The notes beneath the pieces were generated by a model that saw only the letters and a list, made by a program, of their open reading frames with translations, had not been told where the DNA came from and made no database searches. The translations under genes and the position numbers were made by a program. 64,000 nt of DNA from DHVE2 group archaeon (GTDB lineage: Archaea; Thermoplasmatota; Thermoplasmata; Thermoplasmatales; Aciduliprofundaceae): assembly GCA_027023265.1 (NCBI GenBank), contig JALVVV010000055.1:19907-83906 (forward strand), written 5' to 3'. This document shows, in pieces, positions 1 through 9,583 of the stretch; position 1 is the first letter of the stretch; each line of letters opens with the position of its first letter.

Positions 1-945
1 GACGAAAAAGATGTGCTGGTATCCACTGAAAATCTTGACGTGACTTCCATGGAACCATGTGGAAATCGAGGTTACGGGGTGATAGTTCACGACACCAAAA
101 TGGCTACATATTTTGAGGATATCTTTAAAGATGATACAAAAAGGGTTCAGGACATAAAGCAGTACCGTGGGGAGTACAAATATGTTACATGCAATTTCTC
201 ACACAGATTGGAAGCAAAAACCTCACATTTCAAGCCGGTAAATCTAACCGCTGCTCTTGAAACGGTAATAGCTCCAGATTACGCATTGCAGGAATTTGAT
301 AAATTTGCTGATTCGGAAAATGATTTTTACGTGGAGGCCCTGTACATAAAGGACTATGCCCTCTCAAAACTATATCATAAAACAAACGCAATTCTGGCAG
401 AGCATACTATAAAGGGATACAACATGAAAAAATTTCATGTACAGGGATTGAGATTGCTCCACGCCAAGCTGGTGATTGGCACCGAATCTATTTTAGTGGG
501 AAGTATGAATTTAGGGTTATCATCAATGACGAAAAACAGAGAGGCATCGCTTATAATCCATGGAAAAAATGCGGTGAGTTTTTTCAAAAAGGTGTTCCTG
601 CACGATTTAAATGGGGGAAATAATGGATTGAGCATAATAAAGATAAGCAAAAAAAGCAACGGAATATGGGTATCTATAGCGCCCACGGGCAAAAAAGCTA
701 AAGAATACAGAATTTATGTAGATAATAAACTGGTGTACGATGGAAAAAACAGCAAAGTAAAGATAAATGTTAATCCAGGAACCCACACGGTAAAATGTAT
801 CACCACATTTGAAGATGGAACAAAAGATACGTTCATCAGAAAAATAGAAGTGGAAAGCCCTAAGAAAGAGATAAATATAAAATACTTGTTAGTCATTTTA
901 GTCTTTGCAGGATTCCTCTACAAAATTTGGAAGCGCAAAGGCTGA
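1..945 (+). CDS. Phospholipase D-family protein with C-terminal membrane anchor (5' end outside window)
   Basis: Frame open from base 1 (DEKDVLVSTEN, tail of a first PLD motif); second motif HAKLVIGTE..ILVGSMN..NRE; hydrophobic C-terminus followed by KRK. Confidence 0.75.
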   Translation, partial: DEKDVLVSTENLDVTSMEPCGNRGYGVIVHDTKMATYFEDIFKDDTKRVQDIKQYRGEYKYVTCNFSHRLEAKTSHFKPVNLTAALETVIAPDYALQEFDKFADSENDFYVEALYIKDYALSKLYHKTNAILAEHTIKGYNMKKFHVQGLRLLHAKLVIGTESILVGSMNLGLSSMTKNREASLIIHGKNAVSFFKKVFLHDLNGGNNGLSIIKISKKSNGIWVSIAPTGKKAKEYRIYVDNKLVYDGKNSKVKINVNPGTHTVKCITTFEDGTKDTFIRKIEVESPKKEINIKYLLVILVFAGFLYKIWKRKG

Positions 946-1710
946 TCGATAAATATCCGGGTTGAAGTACTTAGTTCTTAAGCTAATGTTTCTCCGTAGT
1001 TTTATCTCCTCATCACTTGCTATGGAAAATGTCCACATGCCTGAAGGATACGTGGGTATGTACGCGAGGTATGTACGCGCATACTTGAAAGTACCACGTA
1101 GATTTCTCTTAACCTTGCAAAACTCTTCTGGATGGTAAAAAGGTGTGCCACTCTGCTGAGCTACAATACCTTTTGGCGCCAATGCGTTTTTCACGTTCTC
1201 ATAAAACTTTTTCTCAAACAATCCTGCGGCGGGGCCAACGGGATCTGTGGAATCAATTATTATAACATCGAACCCGCCATGTTCCTCAACAAACTTTATA
1301 CCATCTTCCACGTGTAAATGCACCCGGCTGTCCTCGTAAGACTTGGCTATGCCGGGGAGATACTTCCTGCTTAACTCGACAACCTTCTCGTCAATTTCTA
1401 CAACATGCACTTCCTCAGGTTCATGTTTTAGAGCTTCTCTGGCGGCACCTCCATCTCCCCCTCCGATTATAAGAACGCGTTTGGGATTGGGATGCGTGAG
1501 CATAGGAACATGAACGATCATCTCGTGATACACGAACTCATCGCGCTCTGTAGTTTGTACGGTGCCATCAATGACCAGAAGATTGCCGTAGTCATAGGTC
1601 TCGAAAACGTGTATGTCCTGAAATTCAGAACGAACATGCTCTAATTCTCCCTTTATTCTGAATCCCAATCGCACATTGTGGGTGTGCATCTCATCGAACC
1701 AGAGCTCCAT
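898..1710 (-). CDS. speE: Polyamine aminopropyltransferase (spermidine synthase)
   Basis: DGTVQTTERDEFVYHEM, VLIIGGGDGG, VEID, DVIIIDSTDP motifs; likely start MELWF at 1710. Confidence 0.95.
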   Translation of the reverse strand: MELWFDEMHTHNVRLGFRIKGELEHVRSEFQDIHVFETYDYGNLLVIDGTVQTTERDEFVYHEMIVHVPMLTHPNPKRVLIIGGGDGGAAREALKHEPEEVHVVEIDEKVVELSRKYLPGIAKSYEDSRVHLHVEDGIKFVEEHGGFDVIIIDSTDPVGPAAGLFEKKFYENVKNALAPKGIVAQQSGTPFYHPEEFCKVKRNLRGTFKYARTYLAYIPTYPSGMWTFSIASDEEIKLRRNISLRTKYFNPDIYRSAFALPNFVEESCKD

Positions 1711-1996
1711 GGAGGATAGGGATATATGCTCGATATTTAAATCTCTCCACGATTTTAACCATGTTCTAAATGCACTTGTGAAATTCCCTATGTTTTTAAT
1801 TCTGCATTGTTTATGACGGAATATGTGCATTTTTATGTTTACAGGGTTAGTTGAATTCCTTGAAAAACATGGAAAAGAGAGATAAAAACAGGGTAAAAGT
1901 ATATATAGTAATATAAGCCAGCCCTAAGTAATAGAAATCCTCTGAGATTCCTGCTTGAAATCCGTTCTATTAAAGCGGAATTTCCGTTTTATTTGG

Positions 1997-2026
1997 TCAT
2001 TTAACCCAATCTTGTTGGATTGCAAC
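1997..2026 (+). CRISPR. Possible single orphan CRISPR-like repeat preceded by an AT-rich leader-like region (no array)
   Basis: TCATTTAACCCAATCTTGTTGGATTGCAAC ends in ATTGCAAC and has an internal CAATC/GATTG hairpin; only one copy seen, no cas genes in window. Confidence 0.3.
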
Positions 2027-2083
2027 GCACCTAAAATCAAGGAAATTCTTAAATATGGGAGCATGTATTACGGTCATGGGCAT

Positions 2084-2158
2084 AGCGGGGTGGGGTAGCC
2101 AGGAAATCCCGCCGGGCTCATAACCCGGAGATCGGTGGTTCAAATCCACCCCCCGCTA
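2084..2158 (+). tRNA. tRNA-iMet (CAT), initiator
   Basis: Cloverleaf AGCGGGG..CCCCGCT-A with A1:U72, GGG/CCC pairs in anticodon stem, CTCATAA loop; TTAAATA box upstream at 2049-2055. Confidence 0.97.
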
Positions 2159-2205
2159 CTTTTTGCGAGGGATAAGGTAATATACTCCTGCTCTTTTATA
2201 CCATT

Positions 2206-3183
2206 GTGTTCACCAAAATACCAACAGTGCTTAAATCAGAGGAAATAATCGACAAGATGTTCCGCCGAGCTAAAAAAGTAGAGGTGGGGTATTCTAAAAA
2301 TCGTCTTGCTATGGAAAAGAATCTGAGTATTGCCAAGATATACACTGCTCGAGACGTTGCAGTTACAACTTTGAGAAAATATGTCAGTTCTTTTCCCTAT
2401 ATTAACAAGCTTCATCCCTTTTATCGCTCTCTTTTAGATATCCTCATAGATAAGAACATGTACAAAAAGAGCCTTTCGTCGGTGAACTGGGCTGCAAATA
2501 GAATTGAATCTCTGGCTTCAAAGTATGCATCAAAGATAAAAGGTGTTGGAAAAGTAGAAGATGCTCTAAAATTCAGAAGGCAGTTTTACGGGAGAGCCGC
2601 ATCAATTTTAAAAGATATAAGAAAGGAGCTTGATTACCTGAATCATGCAAGAGATGTTATACGCAAGTTGCCTGATGTGAGGGTTGATTTACCCACAATA
2701 GTAATTGCGGGATATCCTAATGTTGGTAAGTCTGAGCTGGTAGCAAGGATAAGCTCCGCGAAACCAGAAATTGCGAGTTATCCATTTACGACTAAGGGGA
2801 TAGTTTTAGGTCATTATGAAGATTCCAATGTTAGAGTTCAGGTTATCGATACACCCGGGCTCTTGGACAGGCCCATTGAAGAAAGAAATAATATAGAAAG
2901 GCAAGGAATCCTTGCTCTCAGATACCTGGCAAATCTGATAGTGTTCCTTTTAGATCCGTCGGAAACATGCGGCTATACTATGGAAGAGCAGGAGCGACTT
3001 TTAAGTGAGGTAAAGAGGGATTTTCATGTTCCCGTGCTTGTGGTTGAGAATAAAGTGGATTTAAAGAATAGCGAATCTTCGAGGTTGAAAATATCTGCAA
3101 AGACTGGAGAAGGAGTAGATGCACTCATTTCTGAGATATTATCCCTTTTAAATAAACATGTTGAGGAAGACTCAAAATCTTAA
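2206..3183 (+). CDS. NOG1-family GTP-binding protein
   Basis: GYPNVGKS, YPFTT, DTPGLLDRP, NKVD, ISAK; NOG1-type N-terminus (LHPFY). Confidence 0.93.
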   Translation: MFTKIPTVLKSEEIIDKMFRRAKKVEVGYSKNRLAMEKNLSIAKIYTARDVAVTTLRKYVSSFPYINKLHPFYRSLLDILIDKNMYKKSLSSVNWAANRIESLASKYASKIKGVGKVEDALKFRRQFYGRAASILKDIRKELDYLNHARDVIRKLPDVRVDLPTIVIAGYPNVGKSELVARISSAKPEIASYPFTTKGIVLGHYEDSNVRVQVIDTPGLLDRPIEERNNIERQGILALRYLANLIVFLLDPSETCGYTMEEQERLLSEVKRDFHVPVLVVENKVDLKNSESSRLKISAKTGEGVDALISEILSLLNKHVEEDSKS

Positions 3184-3429
3184 ACCGAGATTCTTTTTCA
3201 GTTCTATGATTTTTTCTCTTGCTTCATCCATGCTCATAAATGATGGGAGAACCACTTTTTCAATCCTGCTGAGAAGAATTAGAATATCTTTTTCGTTTAG
3301 CTTTTCTTCTAAAGCTCCGGTCATTTTAAGCTGTCTCTTGACTACCAATGGGGCAATATTTTGGGGGTACCACTTTTCCATAAATTTGCTTATCTCTTCA
3401 ATCATATCATGGGGACTCATATGTGACAT
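3172..3429 (-). CDS. Small helical protein resembling the C-terminal domain of the GTPase at 23534-24337
   Basis: 85-aa ORF with GGTGAT SD; by-eye similarity (VVKRQLKMTG vs VLTANLKLVG). Confidence 0.75.
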   Translation of the reverse strand: MSHMSPHDMIEEISKFMEKWYPQNIAPLVVKRQLKMTGALEEKLNEKDILILLSRIEKVVLPSFMSMDEAREKIIELKKNLGLRF

Positions 3430-4146
3430 CTAATCACCGGCAGTATTTTCTAGCAAGTATGATAGTATGTTGATCACAGTGTCCACCTTCCCTGTGGTGA
3501 ACATTGCCGCTGCTACCCTGTCTTTGTACGGGAACATCCAGCCGCTAACTTTAGACCAGTCCACTTCCATGTACTTTCCACCTCCAAACCCCGAGTTGCC
3601 CATAAACATGAATTTTTCAAAAATTATCTGTGTGGCTTTTTCAAATATATCCCTTACTTCTTCTTCCGTGTATTCACTATTCCCTAACTCCCTAATCTTC
3701 TCCATATCTATGTATGTGTGTTCGGAATTGCCATTGAAATCGCCTATGCCAAAACCTATTAATCCAGGAATTTGCTCGGTATCTTTCGGGTCAATCTCAG
3801 AAATTATTTTTATGATTAGCGATTCTAAATTCATGCTGGTGGCAAGCATTAACACTTCGTTCTTCAGCTGGAACATGAAAAGATAGTTTTCAAATTCTTC
3901 GTAATTCCAAAGCACCTCCAGATACTTGCCTTTGAGATACGGCATGTTTACCATATCTCCCATGCTCACCATTGTCCAGAAAAAGCTTCTTGTTGCTCTG
4001 AGAAATCGCTCCTCATTTTCTTTATTTTTTGAGCGATACGCTGGAATTTGGCCATCATCTAAAATTATGGCAGCCCACAGCACCTCCTGCTTTTGGACAA
4101 ACATATCTACAAACTTTCTGTAATTTTTTTCGTCCATTTTAAACAT
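3430..4146 (-). CDS. Internally duplicated protein, putative tandem Roadblock/LC7-like domains
   Basis: Two related halves (ATRSFF..MG..GKYLEVLW vs ATQIIF..MG..GKYMEVDW), each opening with a roadblock-like VLWAAIILDDG / GLIGFGIGDFNG hairpin. Confidence 0.6.
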   Translation of the reverse strand: MFKMDEKNYRKFVDMFVQKQEVLWAAIILDDGQIPAYRSKNKENEERFLRATRSFFWTMVSMGDMVNMPYLKGKYLEVLWNYEEFENYLFMFQLKNEVLMLATSMNLESLIIKIISEIDPKDTEQIPGLIGFGIGDFNGNSEHTYIDMEKIRELGNSEYTEEEVRDIFEKATQIIFEKFMFMGNSGFGGGKYMEVDWSKVSGWMFPYKDRVAAAMFTTGKVDTVINILSYLLENTAGD

Positions 4147-4243
4147 CTCCCATCTGTGATTTAACTTATTTTATAACTGTAATAGGGAGTTTGATGATAA
4201 AAAGGTAATGGTAAAAATCATCATTTAATACAGGTGATTTCTC

Positions 4244-4861
4244 TTATATTTTGATTTGTCTATGAATTAGCGGATTTATGGCATTTTCCAAGTTTTCGTC
4301 TTTAACCATTATGCCCTTGCAATTTGCAATCATTGCTGCCTCCATGTCTTTATACGAATCACCTATTACGTAGCACTCTTTGCACCCGAGTATTTTCCTA
4401 ATCTCTTTTAGAAGCCCGAGCTTGGGCATATTATTTTCTAAGAATTTATAATCCTGATAGTCCTTGCCGAATATCCCGTCGAATAAATTTGCAATTCCCA
4501 ATTTTTCAAGGACGTATTCCACGCATTCTTTCGATGATGCGCTCCACGCGATTTTTATCCCTCGAAGCTCGGAAATCTTTTCAACTCCGCGATTCTTCTT
4601 CAAACGCCCCTGCGAGAACATCATCTTCCTGTATTCCAGATTTCTCTTATCCACTTCTCTCCAGAATTTTTTCCAGTCCCCCCATTTACCCGGGTATTTT
4701 CGGGATATTTTTCCATCTAGCATGGCGCGCCATGTGTTCAAATTCAAAGGAATGTTCATCTCCCTCGCCACAGGCTCCGCTATGAACTCATACCACTCTT
4801 CGAAATCGAAATCCACGTACTCCACGAGGGTGTCATCCACGTCGAATATCCAGCAGGTCAC
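4244..4861 (-). CDS. HAD-superfamily hydrolase
   Basis: FDVDDTL motif I, SAS motif II, PK, IGDSYKD motif IV. Confidence 0.9.
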   Translation of the reverse strand: MTCWIFDVDDTLVEYVDFDFEEWYEFIAEPVAREMNIPLNLNTWRAMLDGKISRKYPGKWGDWKKFWREVDKRNLEYRKMMFSQGRLKKNRGVEKISELRGIKIAWSASSKECVEYVLEKLGIANLFDGIFGKDYQDYKFLENNMPKLGLLKEIRKILGCKECYVIGDSYKDMEAAMIANCKGIMVKDENLENAINPLIHRQIKI

Positions 4862-5832
4862 AAGGCTGCCATCTCCAAATCCAGAATATCCAGTAACTGT
4901 TTATAGCTATATCCCAAAGACACGTCTAAATTTCGAAATAGATATCTTACAGGTAAAATTTTTGGTTTTGATGGGATATATTTTGGAAAATCCTTGGCTA
5001 TTAATACCCCTCCTATGGCCTCAGAACCGAATTCTTCAATGTATCCTTTTAATTGATCAAAATCTTTTCTTGATGCTTTTCCTGTCTTTACTTCTACTAA
5101 TAAGTACTTATTTTTCCCAATTGGATGTTTTTGTTTTATAAATATATCAACGAACCCTTCTGGCAGAGCTTTCTCACCAAGAACTTCAAAATCATCCACC
5201 GGATTCTCCACCCTAAAATACTCTAAGATTTCGGATAGCGCTTTTGCTTTTATTTTCCTTCTTATAAGTGACTGCAATATCAGTTCCTTAAAATAGAATT
5301 TTTCTGGGATTTTTTGAAAATCTCTTTTGAAGACTATTTTTGGCTCAAAAACTTTACCATCTAAATTAATCTTTTCAGATTTGCCATAAAATGAGTTTCC
5401 CATTTCTGATACCTTATAAAAAGTGAGTGTATCTGCCTGAAAATGTGTTTTACGGTATCCTCCCCTCAATAGTAAATTTTCTGCGACATAGGAAAATTCA
5501 GGTCTTACCATGGGTTCATCCAATTCTCTTTCTTGAGTCAAAAATAATCTAAAAGGGAAATAATAGGTATTTCCAGACATCCTAAATGTAACAGGTGGCC
5601 AAGGGGGAAGATTCTCTGCATTTTTATATGCAACTTTTTTAATTACTCGATATAGATTCTTAGCTCTTGCACCGTATAGAAAGGAGATGTAGTCACCTTC
5701 ACTAATGTCCAAAAATGTCCAGAGTCCATTTACGCTGTTAGTAAACCCAGCCATTGCATATTTTATGCAAAGATTCAAATTTTTTCTATTTGAAACCGAT
5801 ATTAAAAAATAATTGTGGTTTTTCTTCATCAT
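4858..5832 (-). CDS. EVE/PUA-like domain fused to a PD-(D/E)XK (NucS-C/Mrr-like) endonuclease
   Basis: N-terminal [21 protein letters not shown]-terminal E..GFVDIF..LVEVK..DQLKGY..GVLIA; visibly AT-rich. Confidence 0.75.
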   Translation of the reverse strand: MMKKNHNYFLISVSNRKNLNLCIKYAMAGFTNSVNGLWTFLDISEGDYISFLYGARAKNLYRVIKKVAYKNAENLPPWPPVTFRMSGNTYYFPFRLFLTQERELDEPMVRPEFSYVAENLLLRGGYRKTHFQADTLTFYKVSEMGNSFYGKSEKINLDGKVFEPKIVFKRDFQKIPEKFYFKELILQSLIRRKIKAKALSEILEYFRVENPVDDFEVLGEKALPEGFVDIFIKQKHPIGKNKYLLVEVKTGKASRKDFDQLKGYIEEFGSEAIGGVLIAKDFPKYIPSKPKILPVRYLFRNLDVSLGYSYKQLLDILDLEMAAL

Positions 5833-6078
5833 GTATCACTCCTCTTTATGTTTATTTTAGTGATCCTTTCAAGAATTTTCAATCGATTCTTTAGTGATAT
5901 ATCTCTCTTTTCTCGGGATTTTATTCTCATTTGTATCTCTGTTGGTTAGGATTTTTGAATATTTTAAATCTTCCCATGGTTTTGGTGTGTTGGTCTATCA
6001 TTTATTTGCTGTGGAAATTTACATACTGTGTATTTTTCTGCCAAAAAACTTTATGAGCCACGCGGCATATCCCCGCGC

Positions 6079-7755
6079 ATGGACGAGCTTCGTGAAATCA
6101 TTCTCAAGTACGCCCTCCAGAACGCAATTTTGCACGACGGCAAGGCGAACTACAAGGCGGTTATGGGGAAAATAATGGCTGAGAATCCGGAATACAGGAA
6201 AAGAGCGAAGGAGCTGATTCCTGAGGTGAAAAAGATAGTGGAAGAAATAAATGCGATGAGCGTTGAAAAACAGAGAGAAGAATTGGAGAAGATTGCCCCG
6301 GAACTTTTAGAGCGAAAAAAGAAAGAGGAAAAGAAAGAATTGGAAGATTTGCCAGATGTGCACGGCGAAGTGCGCATGCGCCTCGCTCCGAGCCCGTCGG
6401 GACCCATGCATTTAGGGCAATCGAGAATGGCAATTCTGAACGATGAGTACGTTAAAAGATATGGCGGAAAGTTGTTTTTGAGGATAGAAGACACGAATCC
6501 TCACAATATCCTACCGGAAGCGTACGATATGATTCCCGAGGATTTGGAATGGTTGGGCGTGAAGATTCACGAGCTCGTGATTCAAACGGATAGATTCGAA
6601 ATTTACTATGATTACGCACGCAAACTGTTGGAGATGGGCAAAGCGTACATCACCACAGTGCCCGCGGAAGAATGGCGGAAGTTGAAAAATGAGGGGAAGC
6701 CCACGGTGGACCGAGAATTACCGGTGGAGGAGCAATTAGAGAGATGGGACAAGATGCTCAACGGAGATTACGGGGATGGAGAGGCGGTGTATGTCGTAAA
6801 GACCGATTTGAGCCATCCCAATCCTGCAATTAGAGACTGGGCCGCGTTTAGGATAGTGAAGGATGTGGAGCATCCCCGCGTCGGAAACAAGTACATAGTT
6901 TACCCGCTCATGAATTTCTCGGTGGCGGTGGATGACCACGAATTAGCTCTTACACATGTGCTTCGTGGTAAAGACCATCTCAACAACACGTACCGCCAGG
7001 AGTACATGTTCGATTACTTCAGATGGAAGAAGCCCGTTTATATCCACTATGGCTGGGTCACCATGAAGGACACGATTCTCAAGACTTCGCTGATAAAAGA
7101 GGGAATAAAGAAAGGCGAGTTCACAGGCTGGGACGACCCTCGTTTGGGAACTCTCCGCGCCCTCGCAAAAAGGGGAATACAGCCGGAAGCGATAAGGAGA
7201 TACTGGATCGAAGTCGGTCTGAAATCAGTGGATATCGAGTTCTCGTGGGATAACCTATACGCGTACAATCGCGAAATCGTTGATCCTATTGCGAAGCGCT
7301 ATTTCTTCGTTTGGAACCCGAAAAAAATCGAAATCAAAGGAGTGGATGAATTGCAAGCTAAGGCGCCCTATCATCCAAGCGAGGACATGGGGTTCAGGGA
7401 ATATAATCTGGAAAAGCCGGTGCGCGTGTTCGTTGTGAGCGATGAATGGAATTCGTTAGAGGACGGAAAGTTAATTCGTCTCAAGGACCTGTGCAACGTG
7501 GAAAAGAATGGAGACGAAGGGACATATAAGGGCAACGACGTGTCCGTGATAAAAAGAGGTGCAAAAATCATTCACTGGTGCCCGGAAAATTCGCTGCCGG
7601 GGGAGGTTCGGATGCCAGATGGAACCGTTTTAAAAGGTGTGGTAGAGCCTCTTGCAGGGGAAAGCGCTGGAACCGTGGTACAGTTTGAGCGCTTCGGATT
7701 CTGCAAAATTTACAGGGAAGCGGGGAAAATAGTGGGGTACTTCGCCCACAGGTAA
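6079..7755 (+). CDS. gltX: Glutamyl-tRNA synthetase (archaeal type)
   Basis: KYALQNA N-terminus, RLAPSPSGPMHLG, RIEDT, THVLRGKDH, GWDDPRLGT, QFERFGF. Confidence 0.97.
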   Translation: MDELREIILKYALQNAILHDGKANYKAVMGKIMAENPEYRKRAKELIPEVKKIVEEINAMSVEKQREELEKIAPELLERKKKEEKKELEDLPDVHGEVRMRLAPSPSGPMHLGQSRMAILNDEYVKRYGGKLFLRIEDTNPHNILPEAYDMIPEDLEWLGVKIHELVIQTDRFEIYYDYARKLLEMGKAYITTVPAEEWRKLKNEGKPTVDRELPVEEQLERWDKMLNGDYGDGEAVYVVKTDLSHPNPAIRDWAAFRIVKDVEHPRVGNKYIVYPLMNFSVAVDDHELALTHVLRGKDHLNNTYRQEYMFDYFRWKKPVYIHYGWVTMKDTILKTSLIKEGIKKGEFTGWDDPRLGTLRALAKRGIQPEAIRRYWIEVGLKSVDIEFSWDNLYAYNREIVDPIAKRYFFVWNPKKIEIKGVDELQAKAPYHPSEDMGFREYNLEKPVRVFVVSDEWNSLEDGKLIRLKDLCNVEKNGDEGTYKGNDVSVIKRGAKIIHWCPENSLPGEVRMPDGTVLKGVVEPLAGESAGTVVQFERFGFCKIYREAGKIVGYFAHR

Positions 7756-7757
7756 AC

Positions 7758-7765
7758 TTTTTTTT
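7758..7765 (+). terminator. Oligo-T terminator after gltX
   Basis: T8 run directly after the stop codon. Confidence 0.55.
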
Positions 7766-7808
7766 GCTTAACAATCTCTAAATTTTTAAAGAAAATAAAG
7801 AATAAATA

Positions 7809-8060
7809 TTACGCGCTGGAAATTCCCACGTATGATGGGAACTTTTTGAGGAGAATAACATCGCCTACCGCTTTTACCCATCGATACGGTACAGATACGG
7901 GAACTCCGTCTTCCACCAAGAGCGGATTTGAGCGCTCTATGTACAGCCCGTAAATTTTATGCTCTTCTATATCTATCAAAATATCCTCAACTGTCCCGAG
8001 CAAGTATCCTTTATCCGTATACACTTCAAGACCTATGAGCTCTGTTGATTCCGTCATCAT
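7809..8060 (-). CDS. PRC-barrel domain protein
   Basis: LIGLEVYTDKG..LGTVEDILID..VPYRWVKAVGDVIL. Confidence 0.9.
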   Translation of the reverse strand: MMTESTELIGLEVYTDKGYLLGTVEDILIDIEEHKIYGLYIERSNPLLVEDGVPVSVPYRWVKAVGDVILLKKFPSYVGISSA

Positions 8061-8156
8061 TTTAATCCCCTTGGTGAATTGGCTTACTATTATTTAAAAC
8101 TTACCAGATTGAACTTCGGAGATAATGTTAAATACCCACTTGGTTATTTTGAATCG

Positions 8157-9578
8157 ATGAAATTCTCGCACATCGCCGACGCGCATTTAGGCGCATTCTC
8201 AAAAAATAGGAAGCTCAGCGAGCTTAACTTAAAAGCGTTTAAAATTGCCATTGAAAAAAGTATAGAGGAAAGTGTGGATTTTATAATAATTGCCGGAGAC
8301 CTTTTTCACAATCCTCTTCCAGACATGGATATTGTGAAGAGTACAGTCTCCATACTCCAGAGAGCAAAGGAACAGGGGATAAGGATATACGTTGTTTATG
8401 GCTCTCACGATTTCTCTGCGGGTACAACCTCTCTTTTAGATGTATTGTCTGAGGCAGGAGTGTTCAGGAAGGTAGTTCGCTACGAGATTCACGATGGGAA
8501 GCTAAGGCTCATTCCCATTAAAGACCCTTCTGGGGTGTATCTTGTTGGAATGCCCGGGCTAACTGCTGCTCGGGAAGTCTTTTATTTTCTGGATGAAGAG
8601 CAGGGAATTGACAGGGAATATCTGGAATCGGTACCTAACCCGAAGATTTTCATATTTCACACAACGGTTAATGAGCTAAAGCCGGAGTACATAGCGGATA
8701 AAAACGCGGTCCCTCTTTCTCGTTTCCCCAGAGGTTTTGACTACTATGCTGGAGGACACCTGCACGAGAGAATAGAGCACAAACTTGACTCGGGATACCT
8801 CACATATCCCGGAGCTCTTTTTGGGTCAAATTACAGCGATTTAGATGTGTTAACAGACAAGCAGCGTGGTTTTTACATAGTCGAAGATTTCAAGCCAAGA
8901 TTTGTGCCGGTAAAAGTATGCGAATTTGAAAAGGTTGTGTTCAAGGCTGATGGGAATAGTGCAACGGAGCTCCAGAAAAAACTCATGGAGTTTGCTTCAA
9001 GAAATCACGAGGGTCGCGTTGTGATATTGAAAGTACGCGGTGAACTGAAAAGCGGCAAGGTGGCGGATATCAATTTCAGGGCAATCCGCGATAAAATTCT
9101 CGAAAGCGCAATAGATGTGCTTGTGAACACGTACGCGCTTCGCAGTGTTGAAAGCGGAAGAATGAGCGTGCCTGTGGAAGAACAGGAAGAGATAGAGAGA
9201 CGGGTTTTTGAGGAGATATCTGAATACGGTTTAAATTTCACTGTATCCCTTTTTAATTTGTTGCGCCAGGAGAAGAAAGATGAAGAGACCAAAAGCGATT
9301 TTGAAAGGCGGATAACTCAGGCTGCAATGGATATGATTGAGCATGCCGTGAAAAATTATATAAAATCCGGAGAAAAATCGGATAAGGGTGAGTTGATAGC
9401 CCGAAGTGAACCTGAAATTGAAACCGTGGATGAGAATGCTGAAGATGAAGTGAGTGAGAATTGCGATAAAAAATCAGAGGATATCGAAGAAAGCAGTCCA
9501 AAAGAAAAAACTCCGGAGGATGAGAAACGAAGAAAGGTGAAAGCTGGGAGGGTCGCCACGCTTTTTGATTTCGGGTGA
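8157..9578 (+). CDS. mre11: DNA double-strand break repair nuclease Mre11
   Basis: DAHLG, GDLFH, GSHD, FH, GGHLH phosphoesterase motifs; directly upstream of rad50. Confidence 0.93.
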   Translation: MKFSHIADAHLGAFSKNRKLSELNLKAFKIAIEKSIEESVDFIIIAGDLFHNPLPDMDIVKSTVSILQRAKEQGIRIYVVYGSHDFSAGTTSLLDVLSEAGVFRKVVRYEIHDGKLRLIPIKDPSGVYLVGMPGLTAAREVFYFLDEEQGIDREYLESVPNPKIFIFHTTVNELKPEYIADKNAVPLSRFPRGFDYYAGGHLHERIEHKLDSGYLTYPGALFGSNYSDLDVLTDKQRGFYIVEDFKPRFVPVKVCEFEKVVFKADGNSATELQKKLMEFASRNHEGRVVILKVRGELKSGKVADINFRAIRDKILESAIDVLVNTYALRSVESGRMSVPVEEQEEIERRVFEEISEYGLNFTVSLFNLLRQEKKDEETKSDFERRITQAAMDMIEHAVKNYIKSGEKSDKGELIARSEPEIETVDENAEDEVSENCDKKSEDIEESSPKEKTPEDEKRRKVKAGRVATLFDFG

Positions 9579-9583
9579 TAATC

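Noticed and set aside
3427..3438. TAG immediately followed in frame by ATG (possible amber readthrough fusion)
   Set aside because: GGTGAT-tag-ATG is the usual SD spacing in this window (similar before fusA and rpl31e); no pyrrolysine genes seen
5833..6030. Possible gene remnant upstream of the nuclease
   Set aside because: Only short frames with no recognisable motif
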